Positions 48,101 through 60,060 are shown, numbered from the stretch's first letter. The stretch: DNA of 64,000 nucleotides from a bacterium (GCA_963693055.1 OY843751.1:1056001-1120000), one strand, 5' to 3'. Notes: generated from the letters alone by a model not told the origin. Made by a program: numbers and translations.

Positions 48101-51100
48101 CGGTAATTATACTATTACATTAACCGTATCAGACGGTATAGTGCAAGATGCTGAAACCAAAACCGCATACATTAATGTACAGGAACGTTCAAATGTACCA
48201 TTGACACCCAAATGGGTTTATGAGCCTTGGGTTTGGGAAGATAATATAAATACCCAGGCAGGCCTCGAAGCGCTTGTACAGGGTTATCTTGATCGTGATA
48301 TCCCCGTAGGTGCAGTTAATATTGACAGTCCCTGGGAAACTGAATTTAATACATTTCAATTCAATACCGAAAGATATCCCGATGCGCAGGGAATGATTGA
48401 TGGTCTGCATGATAAGGGAATCAAAGTCATGGCGTGGATTACTCCCTTGACCAATCTGCATTCAAAAGATGAGCCCAATATCGGTAAAGCATCTAATTAT
48501 GATTATGCTCTTGAGAACGGCTATTTTATCAATGATGGACAAACATTCGAGTGGTGGAAAGGTTGGGGAAGCTTTATTGATTATACAAATCCTGATGCTC
48601 TTGAATGGTGGCATGCCCAAATGGACCAGGTACTTGATCTGGGGATTGATGGATGGAAGACCGATGCCGGTAACCGGGTTTTCCCGGAATCTACAAATGG
48701 ATATAATGGAAGAATAACCCAAAAAGAATACAGCTATCTTTATTATAAAGATTTTTATGAATACAGCTTGAAATCACGTGGGCAACATGCAATTATTTTT
48801 GCCAAACCTTATGATGAGAATCCCGCAGATTCAACATTTGTTCCCAAAGCCTATACTCCCGCAGCATTTGTTGGAGATCAGACCCATTTCTGGGGTGACA
48901 GTGGTTTGTTGAATGCGCTCAATAATGTTTTTGAAACAGCAAAGAATGGATTTGTAGCGATTGGATCAGACATTGGCGGATTTATGGGTGAAATGAATGT
49001 AACCAAAAATCTGCTTATCCGTTGGGCACAGTTTGGTGCTTTGTGTCCTATAATGGAAAATGGTGGTGGTGGAGAGCACCGTCCCTGGATGTTTGATCAG
49101 GAAACGGTTGATATATATCGCTATTATGCAAAATTGCACAGCCAGTTGGTACCCTATCTGTACTCTTATGGTGTATTAGCACATAATGGCGGCAAAGTTA
49201 TTATACGCCCAATGGATGGTGTTTGGCAATACATGTTGGGGCGTGATCTGTTTGTTTCTACCATTTATCAGGATGTGACTTTACGAGAGGTTACATTACC
49301 GGAAGGTACCCGGTGGGTAGATTTCTGGAATGATGATATAACCTATGACAGTGGCCAGACATTGAGCAACTATGATTGTCCTATAGACCAGTATCCGGTA
49401 TTTATACGGTCTGGTGGTATTGTACCCATGAATGTTAGTGATGATGAAACCGGCCATGGTTCGTCTGCTTCGGCGGGAAAGTTAACTGTACTGGTTTATC
49501 CTGATGGTACATCTTTTTTAACCTTTTATGATGAAAATCATACAACAGAATTTGAATGTGTGGAAACGGATGATGTGGTTTCTGTTAATGTTTCTTCTGC
49601 GGCAGATAATTATATATTCAGGATCAAGTATAAAACTACTCCATCTATAGTTACCTTGAACAGTTCAGGAATGCAAACGTATTCCGAATTCAGCGAGTTT
49701 GAGGCTGCTCAGACAGGATGGTATTATGATGAAGAAAAGCATTACGTTTGGATCAAAACCGGGGCCAAATCCGGTAGCTTTAACTTGTCCATAGCTCCGC
49801 AAACCACAGCCGCTTTCAGCGCTGATCCGCTTACTGGTGAAACCCCATTGGATGTACAGTTTACGGATGAATCTGTTCATGCGGTTTCATGGCAGTGGGA
49901 TTTTGGTGATGGTTCTGAGTTAACAACAGAACAAAATCCGGTACATACCTACACGGAACCGGGGAGTTATGATGTAATCCTGACCGTTACAGGAGCGTCT
50001 GGTTCCGATTCCATGGAAAAATTAAATTTTATCCAGGTTGGTTCCAGTGCCCACGCTTTTACCGATATAACGAGCAGTGCGGGTGTTCATGTTTCATCTG
50101 TATCCGGTAGTCATGGTGCTGGATTTGCGGACGCAAACAAGGATGGCCGGTATGATATTTTTGTTGCAAACAGCGGCGAAGATTACAATTACGACTTTAT
50201 GTATATAAACCAGGGCGGAGCATCCTTTCAGCAAAGTTCTACTTCCCGTGGTGTTGATGATGAAGGGCATACCTTTAAAATTGTAAATGCGGATTTTGAT
50301 AATGATGGTGACCTGGATGTTTTCTATGCAAATCAGCCTATTGGTAATAATTATGTTATTGGTGTAAACAAACTTTACCAGAATGACGGCAATGGGTATT
50401 ATACAGATATATCTGATGATGCCGGTATACCCCAGGAATATTCAAACAGCCAGGCTGCGTTGGCTGCTGATTTTAATGGCGACGGCTGGCTTGATCTTTA
50501 TGTAGCCAACTGGGATGCTGAAAACGCCATGTATTTGAATGATGGTACCGGAAAGATGATACGGGTGCACAATGGTTCGGATGGCGATGGCAGCGGTATT
50601 TATAAAGCTGTATCCGTATCTGCCGCAGATGTGGATAATGATAATGATGTAGACTTGTATGTCAGTCGCCATGAACAACCCAACTGGTTGTTTATTAATA
50701 ATGGTTCTGGTTATTTTTCTGAACGGGCAGCTTCAGCGGGTGTAGCTGTAAATGCGCGTTCCAAAGGGGCCAGTTTTGCGGATGTAGATAATGATGGAGA
50801 TATGGACCTGTTCCTGGCAAAGTATTCATTGTCCAGTGGTGGTTTGCCACCGGTTGGTATCTTTTTTAACAGGGGTAATGGAACATTTCATGATCGCAGC
50901 TCGGATTATGATATTCAAAGCAGCTTGTATTCCATACTCTTGATTGATGCTGACAATGATGCGGATGTGGACATGCTGGTGGTTAGAAATAATCAAAAAG
51001 AAGATAATGCTGTACCACAGATGTATTTAAATGATGGTTCCGGACAGTTTACATATCAATTGTTCGCCGGACTAGAAGTTCCTGCCAAAGACGCGCAAAG

Positions 51101-52964
51101 CGCTGCGTATGCTGACATTGACAACGATGGTGATGTGGATGTTTTTCTTACCTGCGAAGATGGCAGTAATTATTTGCTTCGTAACGACCTTGAATATGAT
51201 AACAATTACATTGATGTCCTTTGCAAAGGCGCCGGAGGTGATTTTGGTGGTTTTGGCACTCGGGTATATGTATATAAACCTGGCTATTTGGGCGACAATA
51301 ACAATTTGATAGGATACCAGCAAAGCACCAGTTCATCCGCTTATCTGGGGCAGAACCAGACAGCTCTGCATTTTGGTTTGAATGGTTACAATTCGTGTGA
51401 TGTACGAGTTATATTATCAGACGGAACACAACTGGACTATGCCGGCAAGAGTGCAAATCGGCAGATTATTGTTGGTGGCCCTGTTGAAAGCAATTCTGGT
51501 TCTGTAAATGCTCCCAACGTGCATACACCGCTGCCTTGTGGGCAGAATAATTTGCAATTGTCATGGGAGTCAGTCAATAGTGTGTCCGGTTATCACATCT
51601 ATCGTGATACTACACCCTTTTTCGAACCAGACTGCCAGAATGGATCAAACCGTCTTGCAGCCCTTGTGACTGATGAGGATCCTAATGCCTATGGTATTCA
51701 GTGGACCGATACTGATCCTGTTTTGGGTGATCATGAGGTTAATTATTATTATGTAATTACATCTATCAAAGATGGCCAGGAAAGTGAATGTTCAAAACAT
51801 ATTGGTGCATTTGATTACAAGCTTATAACCACTCCATCTACAGATTTTAATGAAATTGCCTTGTCCCTTTCAAAAGCGGATTTGGTAACCGCAGAAGATT
51901 TGATGGATGCCATTCCCGGATGTAATAGTGTTGCCAAATGGGAACCGAGCATTCAAGGATATATGCAGTATATTCCGGGATTGTCTTCAACAAATTTTGA
52001 TCTTGCAGAAGGGCATCCCTATTATGTGAATGTAACGGATTCTTCTGTTTACAGCCTTTCCGGAGAACTGGTGAATCCCAATTATCAATTGATTACAACG
52101 CCTTCTACGGATTTTAATGAGATCATGCTGCCTTTAGATAAGCATGAAATTACCAAAGCCTCTGAACTGATGCTGGATATTCCGGGATGTAACAGCGTTG
52201 CCAAGTGGGAGTCGAGCATTCAAGGTTATATACAATACATACCCGGGTTGTCATCAACAGATTTCCCTGTACGTGCAGGTTATCCATATTATATAAATAT
52301 TACTCAGGATATTAGCTGGCCAGAAGCCGGTTTAAGTAAATCTACTGCCGTGAAAAAAGATGTAATTACCGGCAACACTCCGGTCCATTCACCGCATGCG
52401 GTTTACGGTGAATTGGAATTACATGAAGAGATAATTGGGCTGCATTTTCGCGCCTACCTCCGGAACAGACCGGATGATTATATTAAAAGTAGCGGCAGTG
52501 GTTCTTTAATTACGAACACCGAGTGGTTTGTGCAATTGTCCACTATACCAGGTGGGTGGCTGGCAGGTGAAGAATTGGTTGTTGAATTTTATAATGAACA
52601 TGATGTGCTTGTTGGTACGGTTACAAAAGAATTGAGCTGGAATGCCGCTGATGATGCGGGTTTGGTCAGTCTTGAGAAAGTAGTTACCGAATACGAATTG
52701 CATCAGAATTATCCCAATCCTTTTAATCCGCAGACCACAATACAATTCGGGCTGCCAAAAGCATCGCATGTGGATCTGTATATTTCTGATGTTATGGGAA
52801 GAAGAGTAAGAACATTAATAAATGCAAACCGTGGGGCCGGGTATCATCGGGTTGTGTGGACGGGTGTTGACGATTCCGGCCTCACTGTTGCTTCTGGTAT
52901 TTATTTTTATTCGCTGCATTCGGGTGATCAAATTTTGAGAAAAAAATTGGTATTAGTAAAATAG
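45192..52964 (+). CDS. 2590-aa secreted multimodular glycosidase: DUF5060/DUF4038-like, FN3, IPT/TIG with inserted SGNH, PKD, GH31, PKD, FG-GAP/ASPIC-UnbV, 2x repeat, FlgD/T9SS-like tail
   Basis: GFCD..DG..FRVRF, IDSPW, WKTDAG, GSDIGG, RWAQFG, two WxFGDG PKD motifs, D.DNDGD.D repeats, QNYPNPFNP. Start may be ATG 45219. Confidence 0.85.
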   Translation: MSTIITGFWMKVYIYIFFMFISVTGLFARTVSLDSYNTSVSTFEILEFTISVSDPVTGNPFTEAQVSAEIQAPNKIISINGFCDAQDGSVFRVRFTPMRTGNHSFTITFTDTAGTETFSGSFDAYDGGNNGFIKVDSQNPTRFAFSNGGHPYIISKTAWLIAGIPKTNYRQFIDKMVPRGENCFRFGLEFDYSNDDPYVDVWPYEQPREAQNFTEFDIDYWQNLDELLTYAAERNIYAEPVLFTLMKFSDMADSDVMFYIDYLIARTASYPSVIMYQLANERISRYDFQTVMADRIHNNDPYGHLVSTSHGTTMDAAWPDAPWMDVAINHACYDDEQLSERYYAIANTISGYNMPGWCDETGREDRHGNDDGVHRRKQYWTWNMGGSYFNYHSWEGCEGIMDISYNGPGSQYLQYMRSFWTSTDFWKLRPNNNIIKNNPDVQYEWAVASDDEVVVYLVNEATGQSSSEGTIDIALPAGYTYVADFYNPSNGEGFTQYRKSRLAGGTTVSIAYPSFTNDLVLHCFVSDDTQAPQQSSVSISNVSQNQATISWSTNENTEARVEYGLTTNYGRKTFWDIELKTSHSFTLNNLMPGTEYHCRVMSRDMTGNSSVSSDYTFTTQGSSAQPGISSFSPTTGNMTTEVTIQGSHLMGSYANPMRMMLLGQSEVRGVSGSTDSSGFRNDLVNLLYNKGIGFHFAGSLADGTAFDALHEGHDTNGVETLAQNVGSYISQWSPDYILIYAGALDLDNGQTPDAVIAELEMLLDAIYASDSNIIMLLGNLLPHTDASISDVQQLNGFIETLIATKKASNYRVFMADFYQAFTDNANWASELMHDKRHPNDTGYGVMALAWQSALQNAWTAYTDIDIFFAGTAVTEYSIKSEQKVLAKVPAGAANGKIAISTPYGSVESSANFITSQVEGNFTADVTSGYAPLIVRFTNMTEGEMNSFDWNFGDGSKHSTEQNPGHVFTKAGNYTITLTVSDGIVQDAETKTAYINVQERSNVPLTPKWVYEPWVWEDNINTQAGLEALVQGYLDRDIPVGAVNIDSPWETEFNTFQFNTERYPDAQGMIDGLHDKGIKVMAWITPLTNLHSKDEPNIGKASNYDYALENGYFINDGQTFEWWKGWGSFIDYTNPDALEWWHAQMDQVLDLGIDGWKTDAGNRVFPESTNGYNGRITQKEYSYLYYKDFYEYSLKSRGQHAIIFAKPYDENPADSTFVPKAYTPAAFVGDQTHFWGDSGLLNALNNVFETAKNGFVAIGSDIGGFMGEMNVTKNLLIRWAQFGALCPIMENGGGGEHRPWMFDQETVDIYRYYAKLHSQLVPYLYSYGVLAHNGGKVIIRPMDGVWQYMLGRDLFVSTIYQDVTLREVTLPEGTRWVDFWNDDITYDSGQTLSNYDCPIDQYPVFIRSGGIVPMNVSDDETGHGSSASAGKLTVLVYPDGTSFLTFYDENHTTEFECVETDDVVSVNVSSAADNYIFRIKYKTTPSIVTLNSSGMQTYSEFSEFEAAQTGWYYDEEKHYVWIKTGAKSGSFNLSIAPQTTAAFSADPLTGETPLDVQFTDESVHAVSWQWDFGDGSELTTEQNPVHTYTEPGSYDVILTVTGASGSDSMEKLNFIQVGSSAHAFTDITSSAGVHVSSVSGSHGAGFADANKDGRYDIFVANSGEDYNYDFMYINQGGASFQQSSTSRGVDDEGHTFKIVNADFDNDGDLDVFYANQPIGNNYVIGVNKLYQNDGNGYYTDISDDAGIPQEYSNSQAALAADFNGDGWLDLYVANWDAENAMYLNDGTGKMIRVHNGSDGDGSGIYKAVSVSAADVDNDNDVDLYVSRHEQPNWLFINNGSGYFSERAASAGVAVNARSKGASFADVDNDGDMDLFLAKYSLSSGGLPPVGIFFNRGNGTFHDRSSDYDIQSSLYSILLIDADNDADVDMLVVRNNQKEDNAVPQMYLNDGSGQFTYQLFAGLEVPAKDAQSAAYADIDNDGDVDVFLTCEDGSNYLLRNDLEYDNNYIDVLCKGAGGDFGGFGTRVYVYKPGYLGDNNNLIGYQQSTSSSAYLGQNQTALHFGLNGYNSCDVRVILSDGTQLDYAGKSANRQIIVGGPVESNSGSVNAPNVHTPLPCGQNNLQLSWESVNSVSGYHIYRDTTPFFEPDCQNGSNRLAALVTDEDPNAYGIQWTDTDPVLGDHEVNYYYVITSIKDGQESECSKHIGAFDYKLITTPSTDFNEIALSLSKADLVTAEDLMDAIPGCNSVAKWEPSIQGYMQYIPGLSSTNFDLAEGHPYYVNVTDSSVYSLSGELVNPNYQLITTPSTDFNEIMLPLDKHEITKASELMLDIPGCNSVAKWESSIQGYIQYIPGLSSTDFPVRAGYPYYINITQDISWPEAGLSKSTAVKKDVITGNTPVHSPHAVYGELELHEEIIGLHFRAYLRNRPDDYIKSSGSGSLITNTEWFVQLSTIPGGWLAGEELVVEFYNEHDVLVGTVTKELSWNAADDAGLVSLEKVVTEYELHQNYPNPFNPQTTIQFGLPKASHVDLYISDVMGRRVRTLINANRGAGYHRVVWTGVDDSGLTVASGIYFYSLHSGDQILRKKLVLVK
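51816..52304 (+). repeat. Intragenic tandem repeat, 267-nt (89-aa) period, two copies
   Basis: [12 protein letters not shown]...[25 protein letters not shown] occurs twice. Confidence 0.9.
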
Positions 52965-52991
52965 TATTATTGGAAAGAGTATTTTAACTGC

Positions 52992-53028
52992 AAGCGTCCT
53001 GAAAATTTGATTTTTTGGGACGTTTTTT
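52992..53028 (+). terminator. Intrinsic terminator
   Basis: GCGTCCTGAAAA/TTTTTGGGACGT stem plus T-run. Confidence 0.75.
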
Positions 53029-53094
53029 GTTTGCAGTTTACAATAATCTTTTTATTTTAAGTTTCTGGGCCAAGATAAAAAATGGACAATTTTA

Positions 53095-55425
53095 ATGAAG
53101 CATTTTTTCAAGATAGTATCTCTTGTTATTGGAGTGGTATGTATACTTTTATTAATGGGCATTGCTACTTATTGGCTAAAGTACCAAAGCATTGTTAATA
53201 CTGTACACAATAATGAAACTGAAAATATAAAACCGGGAACTCTTGGTAAATGGGTAAATACATTTATCGGGACGGGTGGTTTTCCGGCATGGGTGTGTGG
53301 ATATAATTTCCCCGGAGCTACTGTGCCATTTGGCATGGTCCGTCTCAGTCCCGAAACCTCATCGTTTTATCGAAATACCAGAGGATTAAATACTTCGGGA
53401 TATTATTATGGTGATAACAAGATACTTGGTTTCAGCCATACACGGCTTGCAGGAACAGGAGCAACGGATGGCGGCCATTTCCTTATAACTCCGGTTACAT
53501 GGAAGCCTGAAGAGATTGATTATACCCGGGATTTTTATTATACCTTTTCACACGCTGACGAAACTGCTTTTCCCGGTTACTATCGTGTGGCTTTGGATAA
53601 TAATAATGTGATTGCCGAGTTGACTGCGACAGAGAGAACCGGCTTGCACCGATATACGTTTTTAGATCAGACCAGCAGGGGCATTCTTTTAAACATAACC
53701 AATACCATTGCAAAAAAACGGGCAGAGAATGGAACCGTAAATGTTGATACGGAGAGAAACGAGATTTCCGGTTCTGTCAGAACGTTTGGGTCCTTTGCCG
53801 GCAGGTATGGCGGTATCAAAGTCTATTTTGTTGCACAGTTTGACACGCCTGTAACACACTATGGAATTTGGGATGGCAAGATTTTTACTCCCGATCTTTC
53901 TATTGCCAATAGCGATACCTTGATTGTCTATGCGGGATTCGATGAAAATATCAAACAGGTGAACATCAAAGTTGGTATCTCACATGTTAGTATTGAAAAC
54001 GCGCGTTTGAATTTGGAAACAGAAGCAAACAGTCTTGATTTTGATGAGGCTTTGCAAAATGCTATTCAAAAATGGGAAGACAAACTTGATCTGATTGAAA
54101 TTGAAGGCGGCAGTGAGAAAGAACAGACGATTTTTTACAGCGCGCTGTATCGCTGTTTTCAGATGCCAACCATTTTTAATGATGTAAATGGCGAGTATTT
54201 CGGATTTGATAAACAGGTGCACCAGGTAACGAATTTTAACTATTATACGGATTTATCACTTTGGGATACGTTTAGGACTCTGCATCCCTTGTATATTTTA
54301 ATTACTAACGATTATCAACGGGATATGCTGGTATCACTGGTGAAAATGGCTGAACAGGGGGGAGCTTTACCCCGCTGGCCTTCAGGTAATGGCTATACCG
54401 GATCCATGCTGGGCTCACCCGCGGATATGGTTGTTGCGGAATCATATCTAAAAGGAATTAAGGATTTTGATGTAGTGCTTGCCTATGAAAAAATGAAGGC
54501 TGTTGCGCTTGCTCCGCGCCCCAAAGGGGCCTCTTATTCCGGCAGGAGAAGTATTGAAGGATATTTAAAATATGGTTTTTGTCCCGAAGATTTGGGCGAG
54601 CGTTCGGTCAGCCGTACGCTTGAATATGCCTGGGCGGATTATGCTATCAGCCAGTTGGCCGGCGCGTTGGGACACCAGGCTGATTCGGTTCTGTTTGCCG
54701 AACATTCCCGTTTCTATAAAAATCTGTGGAACCCCAAAACACAATATTTTCAATCCCGCTATAGTGATGGCAGCTTTGTGGAAAAGTTTAAACCTTTGCA
54801 ATTGACCTATACGGACTGGGATGAAGAGTATACCCGTGGTTATGTTGAAGGCAGTGCGTTGCAATGGCGCTGGGCAGTACCCTTTGATACGGAAGGATTA
54901 ATGTCTCTGTTTAAGAGCCGGGATTATTATATATCAGAGCTTGAACATTTTTTTGCAAAAGCGAATCCGAAACTGGCAACCTGGATACCCGATTCGTATT
55001 ACTGGCACGGTAATGAACCGGATATCCATGCGGCGTATTTGTTCAATGATGCCGGCAGACCGGACCTGACACAGAAATGGGTTCGATGGGTGCTGGATAA
55101 CAAGTATGATGTATCGTACACGGGAATTGACGGTAATGATGACGGTGCTACACTTTCGGCATGGTATATTTTTAGCTCGCTTGGAATGTATCCTATTGCG
55201 GGAACGGATATTTACCAGCTTGGGGCCCCACTATTCAAGCAAGCTAACCTAAAAATGGGTGATAATACCCTGACAATCATTGCGGACAATTATGCTCCGG
55301 ATAATATCTATGTCAAAGCCGTTTATTTGAATGACAAACCGTTAACACAGTATAAAATCAAACATGCGGATATAGCGAACGGAGGGACTTTGCGATTTGT
55401 GATGAGTGAGAAAACAAAAAATTGA
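53095..55425 (+). CDS. GH92 alpha-mannosidase
   Basis: FIGTGG, PGATVPFGMV, SLWDTFR, HGNEP, GNDD.G.LSAWY motifs. Confidence 0.95.
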   Translation: MKHFFKIVSLVIGVVCILLLMGIATYWLKYQSIVNTVHNNETENIKPGTLGKWVNTFIGTGGFPAWVCGYNFPGATVPFGMVRLSPETSSFYRNTRGLNTSGYYYGDNKILGFSHTRLAGTGATDGGHFLITPVTWKPEEIDYTRDFYYTFSHADETAFPGYYRVALDNNNVIAELTATERTGLHRYTFLDQTSRGILLNITNTIAKKRAENGTVNVDTERNEISGSVRTFGSFAGRYGGIKVYFVAQFDTPVTHYGIWDGKIFTPDLSIANSDTLIVYAGFDENIKQVNIKVGISHVSIENARLNLETEANSLDFDEALQNAIQKWEDKLDLIEIEGGSEKEQTIFYSALYRCFQMPTIFNDVNGEYFGFDKQVHQVTNFNYYTDLSLWDTFRTLHPLYILITNDYQRDMLVSLVKMAEQGGALPRWPSGNGYTGSMLGSPADMVVAESYLKGIKDFDVVLAYEKMKAVALAPRPKGASYSGRRSIEGYLKYGFCPEDLGERSVSRTLEYAWADYAISQLAGALGHQADSVLFAEHSRFYKNLWNPKTQYFQSRYSDGSFVEKFKPLQLTYTDWDEEYTRGYVEGSALQWRWAVPFDTEGLMSLFKSRDYYISELEHFFAKANPKLATWIPDSYYWHGNEPDIHAAYLFNDAGRPDLTQKWVRWVLDNKYDVSYTGIDGNDDGATLSAWYIFSSLGMYPIAGTDIYQLGAPLFKQANLKMGDNTLTIIADNYAPDNIYVKAVYLNDKPLTQYKIKHADIANGGTLRFVMSEKTKN

Positions 55426-55445
55426 TTCAGTCAGGCAATTCTATT

Positions 55446-56732
55446 TTAATTCTTGAAATATTGCACCATTCTTGCCAAGGGCAAGGCTTCATCTCCACGG
55501 GCTTTGAATTGTGTTGTTCCAAATTGGGACTGTTCAAACATGGCATTGATAATGATATTAATTGCTGTGTCAATATCTGCTGATTTAAGATTCATTTCAT
55601 TGGCCGTAACCAATACTGATAAGGCATTAATAGTGGAATATCCATTGTTATTTATCTCTGTTGCCAGGTTTTGCAAAGAGACAAAAAGGCCCTGTTTTAA
55701 TGGTTCATAAAATGGATGATCTTGAGGTAATACCTGATATAATGCCAGCATGCCCCTTGTCAGGATAACATGATAGCTTGTACAGGCATTGTGTGGATCG
55801 ACCCATCTTCCGTTTTCCATTAGACCCGGCAAGACACCCAGTTTGCAATTTTGTACAGAATGGTTGAGATAGATTGTATCCTGAGTTACTGCAAAATATT
55901 TTGCCAATAACCAGACTGAAAACGCGTTATAGTTCCAGTTTTTAACCAGATTTATATTAGTGCAATAATCCGCGGCTTTTTGAGCGGCAGCAAGATATTT
56001 TTTATCAAGCGTTATTTTATAGGCGTCTAACATTGCCACACCACAAACGCCTGTATCGAACAGGGTACCTCCGCTGCCATCATCCTGTATTACCCAATTG
56101 TTGGCAAATGCATTGGGATTACGTTCATAAAAACGTTCAAGAGTAGGACTGAAATTTTTATCTATGCCACGCAGATCAGGAAAAGGGAACATGCCGGAAT
56201 CCAATTGCTGACGGCATAAATAATCTGCACTTTCAACAAGCAAGGTCTTTAAATGTGCTTGATTACTGATTGGGTAATCAAGTATTTCTGAAAAGCCACA
56301 AATCAGGTAGCCGTTAAACCTCAGCATGGGTGACACCTGGGGCGGGTATTTTTCGGGTTTCCATTCACCATTTCCTTTGTACATGTGTTTTTTGATAAAG
56401 TTTATATAAAGATCATAATATTGAATAGCACTAGTAAACGTATGGATTTGTTTGTTGCTGGCCGGCATGTAATAACTGGGTTCTTTTTCCGGTTTTCCGG
56501 CCCATTCTCCCAATTCCGTTTTTAATTTTTGGACGAGTAAAAGGATTTGTTGTTCATTTTGCTTCTTGAGTGCTATGCTGAGCTCATTTGCTATGGGTTG
56601 TACCTGTTTCATAACCGTTTTGAGATCACAAGCAAAGTCAGTCTTGTTTTCAGTCTGATCATTACCGTTTGCCTGTAAAGTTGCTCCGCAAATTATGCAA
56701 AGCAGTACCCAAAAGATCTTTGTTTTCATCAT
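55446..56732 (-). CDS. Secreted hypothetical protein, probable alpha/alpha barrel
   Basis: Signal peptide; helical units such as ADYL..QQ..SG and KYL.AA.KAADY. Confidence 0.6.
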   Translation of the reverse strand: MMKTKIFWVLLCIICGATLQANGNDQTENKTDFACDLKTVMKQVQPIANELSIALKKQNEQQILLLVQKLKTELGEWAGKPEKEPSYYMPASNKQIHTFTSAIQYYDLYINFIKKHMYKGNGEWKPEKYPPQVSPMLRFNGYLICGFSEILDYPISNQAHLKTLLVESADYLCRQQLDSGMFPFPDLRGIDKNFSPTLERFYERNPNAFANNWVIQDDGSGGTLFDTGVCGVAMLDAYKITLDKKYLAAAQKAADYCTNINLVKNWNYNAFSVWLLAKYFAVTQDTIYLNHSVQNCKLGVLPGLMENGRWVDPHNACTSYHVILTRGMLALYQVLPQDHPFYEPLKQGLFVSLQNLATEINNNGYSTINALSVLVTANEMNLKSADIDTAINIIINAMFEQSQFGTTQFKARGDEALPLARMVQYFKN

Positions 56733-56749
56733 AATCCAGCTTGATTCGT

Positions 56750-59700
56750 TTAATTAAATGTTAATAACCTGACCGGTCCCAATAGACCTGATTCAAACAG
56801 GGGCGAATCTTTTTTATAGTATCGCTTTGTGGTAAAGGAATACCTGCCGCTGGTACGGGGCTCGCCATTCAACAGCCACTGCGGCCATTGCCCATCTTTG
56901 ATTCCGTCATCGGGGAGATATTCATCACCAATCAACCGGTTGGGCCAGAGATTGGCAATCTCGATCTTGAGGTGATTGTCTTTATCTTTGACCGAACCGG
57001 ATATATCCACTCGCCAGGGATGGGTCCAGGCAATGCCCAAATCCTGATCGTTCAGGCGAACTCGTGCCATATTGCAGACCTTGCCAAGCTCTAGAAACAA
57101 GCCATCCTCAATAACAAGATCGTTGGGTAAATCAAAGGTCTTGTTGTACACAGCGATCCCCGAATAGTATTTCACTCCTTTATTGGGATGTTTGGACCAG
57201 TCCGATAATTCATCAAATTGTATGGATTCCGGGCCGCCCCATTTGGGATCAAACTCTACCTGCCAGGGACCTGTAATTTTAGCAATATTTTGGAATTGTT
57301 TGAAATTGGAATTCCTTGATGTTTTCTCTACTTTTTTATCTTGATCAAAGACAATGAAATAACTGCCATGAGGCTCAAATTGCAACGGGATTGTAGTATG
57401 TTCTCTATCAATCGTATAATCTGTCAAAGTCCACGTTACCCCGGTGAGCGGGTCCCACAATTCAGGAGCACCTTTTGTTGCGCGGAAACGGCAATCGGTT
57501 TGTACAAGCGCGTCCTCACGATTGGATACAAAATAAATATCGAGATCTGATGTGTGACGATGCGTATAGCGGATAGGTCCGTCGTTTTCAAAATCAGGCG
57601 CAACCGCCAGTTCTTCCAGTATTGTGGCGGTGATCCCATATGCAGGGAACAGGGATGCATCCATGGGGTTGAGTGCACTGCCAGATATGATTTTGCCCTT
57701 GCCGTATTGTCGTTCAATCATTCCGTCGGGCAGATCAAATCCGCCCCACATAGCCTCTGCCAGTGAATGTACATTTTTATCACACTGGGGATAATCGGCC
57801 AGACTAGGGGATTTTAACGGCGGCGGACCGGCAATTACAGCGCCATCCCAAACCAGTCTTTCCAGTTTATGCAACAATTCTGGTGTCATGGTTTGAATAT
57901 TGGGTAACACCAGCAGCGCATAAGAGGCACCACCGGGGAAAACGATTCTGTGGTTTTTTACCTTTGCTTTTGCTATCAATTGCAGAGGAGAGCAGGCATC
58001 AAAATTATAGGCCTTGCGGTCCGGCAGGGTATCGCATCCTGCCAGTGCGGATTGGGGAGGTACAAATACATTCGGGGCGCCTTCGGGAGTGAGGTAAAGA
58101 ATATCCGCAACCGCATTGCCCTGGCGCAGTAAATGTGAACAACGTGAAATATATTTGTGATAGGCGGAAACCATGGGCCACCAGGTTTGTCCGCGGTCCC
58201 AGTGAACGCCATAGGGGCCCATGCACATTCCCGGACGATACTGTTCGCCAAGGGGTTTGTGAGCAAACGTGTGATACACAAACTTGTTAATGCCCATGCA
58301 GAGAGCCCAATCACCCTGATTTTTTAACACTCCGGGATACAGCTTCCAGGCTTCATCACCACCTGCGGTAAAGGCCTCTGCCGCAACCACCGGTAAACCG
58401 TTTATATGTGCAATAGATGAAGATTCGAAGCAGCTATAGGTTGTGTTAAAGCCATATCCCTTGCTCCAGAATTCACACATGGGCACATCTGCGTAATCAC
58501 CCATATCCAGATCAGCAGTGGGATTCATATCATACGGCTCAATGGACAGTCCCAGTCCGTAACGGTCTCCCAGGGTTTTAATATGATTGACATGGTTTTC
58601 AAGCACCAGCTCTTGCGAGGTCAAACGTACATCCCATAGAAAGCGTTCGGTCTTTTCGCGGCTGTTAACAATGTAGCCAAGATACGCGGGTAAATAGGGG
58701 ACAAGAGAATATCCGCGACGCTTGAGAAACTCGCTGCGGAACGTGTCGGACCAGTTTTGTGCACCCATTTCCCAACTGTCCATGTGCAGCATAGTAAGAC
58801 CCGCGTTTTGGGCAAGCGGAGCACAACGCTTCAACAGTTTGCCTACATATTGATCAAAATGTGCATTAAACGCGGTGGTATCAAACTTGTCGCATTCGAA
58901 TCCGAGTCCCGGGGCAGGAGCGGGACGCGTAACCGCACCGTTGTTACGCATACCAAAACGCAGAATTGTCATATCGCCGGCCAGATTTTTATCAAGGCTG
59001 CCATCGGGTTGCAGATATTGAGTCAGGTTTTCAAAATTGTTGGATATGATGATTGAATCCGTCGAGGGTTCATGATATTCTGGTTGTGTAGGCAGCCAGG
59101 GTTTGACATTGGGACGCGAACTGTATGGCGCGCGGTAATAGAGCGCTTTTTCATCACTGTCCTGCAAGCGGACTGATCCACTTGGGCTACGATACTCCAG
59201 TACAAGTACATCCTCGTAATAGTCGTTCCATTTTTCTTTCAAAGTGGGGGACAATGCGCTTTCGCCAAAATAAGGACGACGTGGTTCGGGCACAGGTAAA
59301 ATTAAATTGTCATGTGTTTCGCGGTTGTCAAGCTCGGTTACCGAAGCAACCAGATGGCGCATGGACTGTTCAGGTTTCACCCAGGGGCCACCGCTACCGC
59401 TCCATCCGGGGCCTACCCCCAGAGTGATCTCGATGCCCAGCCGTTCTGCTTCTCGCACCATGTGCACAAACAGATCCTGCCATTCCTCGCTGAGCATATC
59501 CACGGGTCCACGCGGAACACCCACGTTCACTTCGAGGAAAACCACATTGCCAATACCCGCGGCTTTCATGGATTCCAGATCGGCAGTCATTTCCTCCCGG
59601 TTAAAGTTACCATCCATAAAGTACCAGTACACGCCGGGTCGCGCGTTATCGGGGGGATTGGTGAATTCCTGTTTCAATTGAGCGGTAGTAACAGAATGTG

Positions 59701-59794
59701 AATGGTTGCATCCGGTTGTGGAGAGAATAAACAGGATTAAAAAGATACTGCAAAAAACAGATTTAACTATCAGCGTTGTGTTTTTCATGATCAT
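56750..59794 (-). CDS. GH106-like (alpha-L-rhamnosidase family) lipoprotein
   Basis: Lipobox TTGC; WYFMDGN, GWSGSGGPW, HMDSWE, PMCEFW, AAEAFT, SGLLGPV. Confidence 0.85.
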   Translation of the reverse strand: MIMKNTTLIVKSVFCSIFLILFILSTTGCNHSHSVTTAQLKQEFTNPPDNARPGVYWYFMDGNFNREEMTADLESMKAAGIGNVVFLEVNVGVPRGPVDMLSEEWQDLFVHMVREAERLGIEITLGVGPGWSGSGGPWVKPEQSMRHLVASVTELDNRETHDNLILPVPEPRRPYFGESALSPTLKEKWNDYYEDVLVLEYRSPSGSVRLQDSDEKALYYRAPYSSRPNVKPWLPTQPEYHEPSTDSIIISNNFENLTQYLQPDGSLDKNLAGDMTILRFGMRNNGAVTRPAPAPGLGFECDKFDTTAFNAHFDQYVGKLLKRCAPLAQNAGLTMLHMDSWEMGAQNWSDTFRSEFLKRRGYSLVPYLPAYLGYIVNSREKTERFLWDVRLTSQELVLENHVNHIKTLGDRYGLGLSIEPYDMNPTADLDMGDYADVPMCEFWSKGYGFNTTYSCFESSSIAHINGLPVVAAEAFTAGGDEAWKLYPGVLKNQGDWALCMGINKFVYHTFAHKPLGEQYRPGMCMGPYGVHWDRGQTWWPMVSAYHKYISRCSHLLRQGNAVADILYLTPEGAPNVFVPPQSALAGCDTLPDRKAYNFDACSPLQLIAKAKVKNHRIVFPGGASYALLVLPNIQTMTPELLHKLERLVWDGAVIAGPPPLKSPSLADYPQCDKNVHSLAEAMWGGFDLPDGMIERQYGKGKIISGSALNPMDASLFPAYGITATILEELAVAPDFENDGPIRYTHRHTSDLDIYFVSNREDALVQTDCRFRATKGAPELWDPLTGVTWTLTDYTIDREHTTIPLQFEPHGSYFIVFDQDKKVEKTSRNSNFKQFQNIAKITGPWQVEFDPKWGGPESIQFDELSDWSKHPNKGVKYYSGIAVYNKTFDLPNDLVIEDGLFLELGKVCNMARVRLNDQDLGIAWTHPWRVDISGSVKDKDNHLKIEIANLWPNRLIGDEYLPDDGIKDGQWPQWLLNGEPRTSGRYSFTTKRYYKKDSPLFESGLLGPVRLLTFN

Positions 59795-59845
59795 CCCTGG
59801 TTTTGATGTTTTTTGAATATAATAACAAAATCAACGCATTGCCAT

Positions 59846-59998
59846 AAAAAAAAGACCCCGATTGGCAGGATCTCTTAATCGCAAAAGGAGCTAAAAGTCT
59901 CACACAGAGCTGTACCAATGGAACACTTTTAATACATGTGTTATGACAAACCCATATCAGGCTTTAATATTGCGTACCTGGAGGTTGGTTTGTGTTTT
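59846..59998 (-). ncRNA. Candidate ~150-nt intergenic RNA ending in an intrinsic terminator
   Basis: Terminator GAGATCCT/GGGGTCTT plus T-run with no minus-strand CDS upstream; 5' stem ACAAACC/GGTTTGT; CTCCTT tract. Confidence 0.35.
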
Positions 59999-60060
59999 TA
60001 ACGACTATAATTTAATATTTTTAGTGTTTTCGTTTTTTTTTGCGAATTTAACGATTATAC

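Noticed and set aside
56888-59701. Numerous short ORFs overlapping the GH106-like gene (and similar antisense ORFs elsewhere)
   Set aside because: Shadow ORFs of long genuine genes, with no SD or recognisable motifs.
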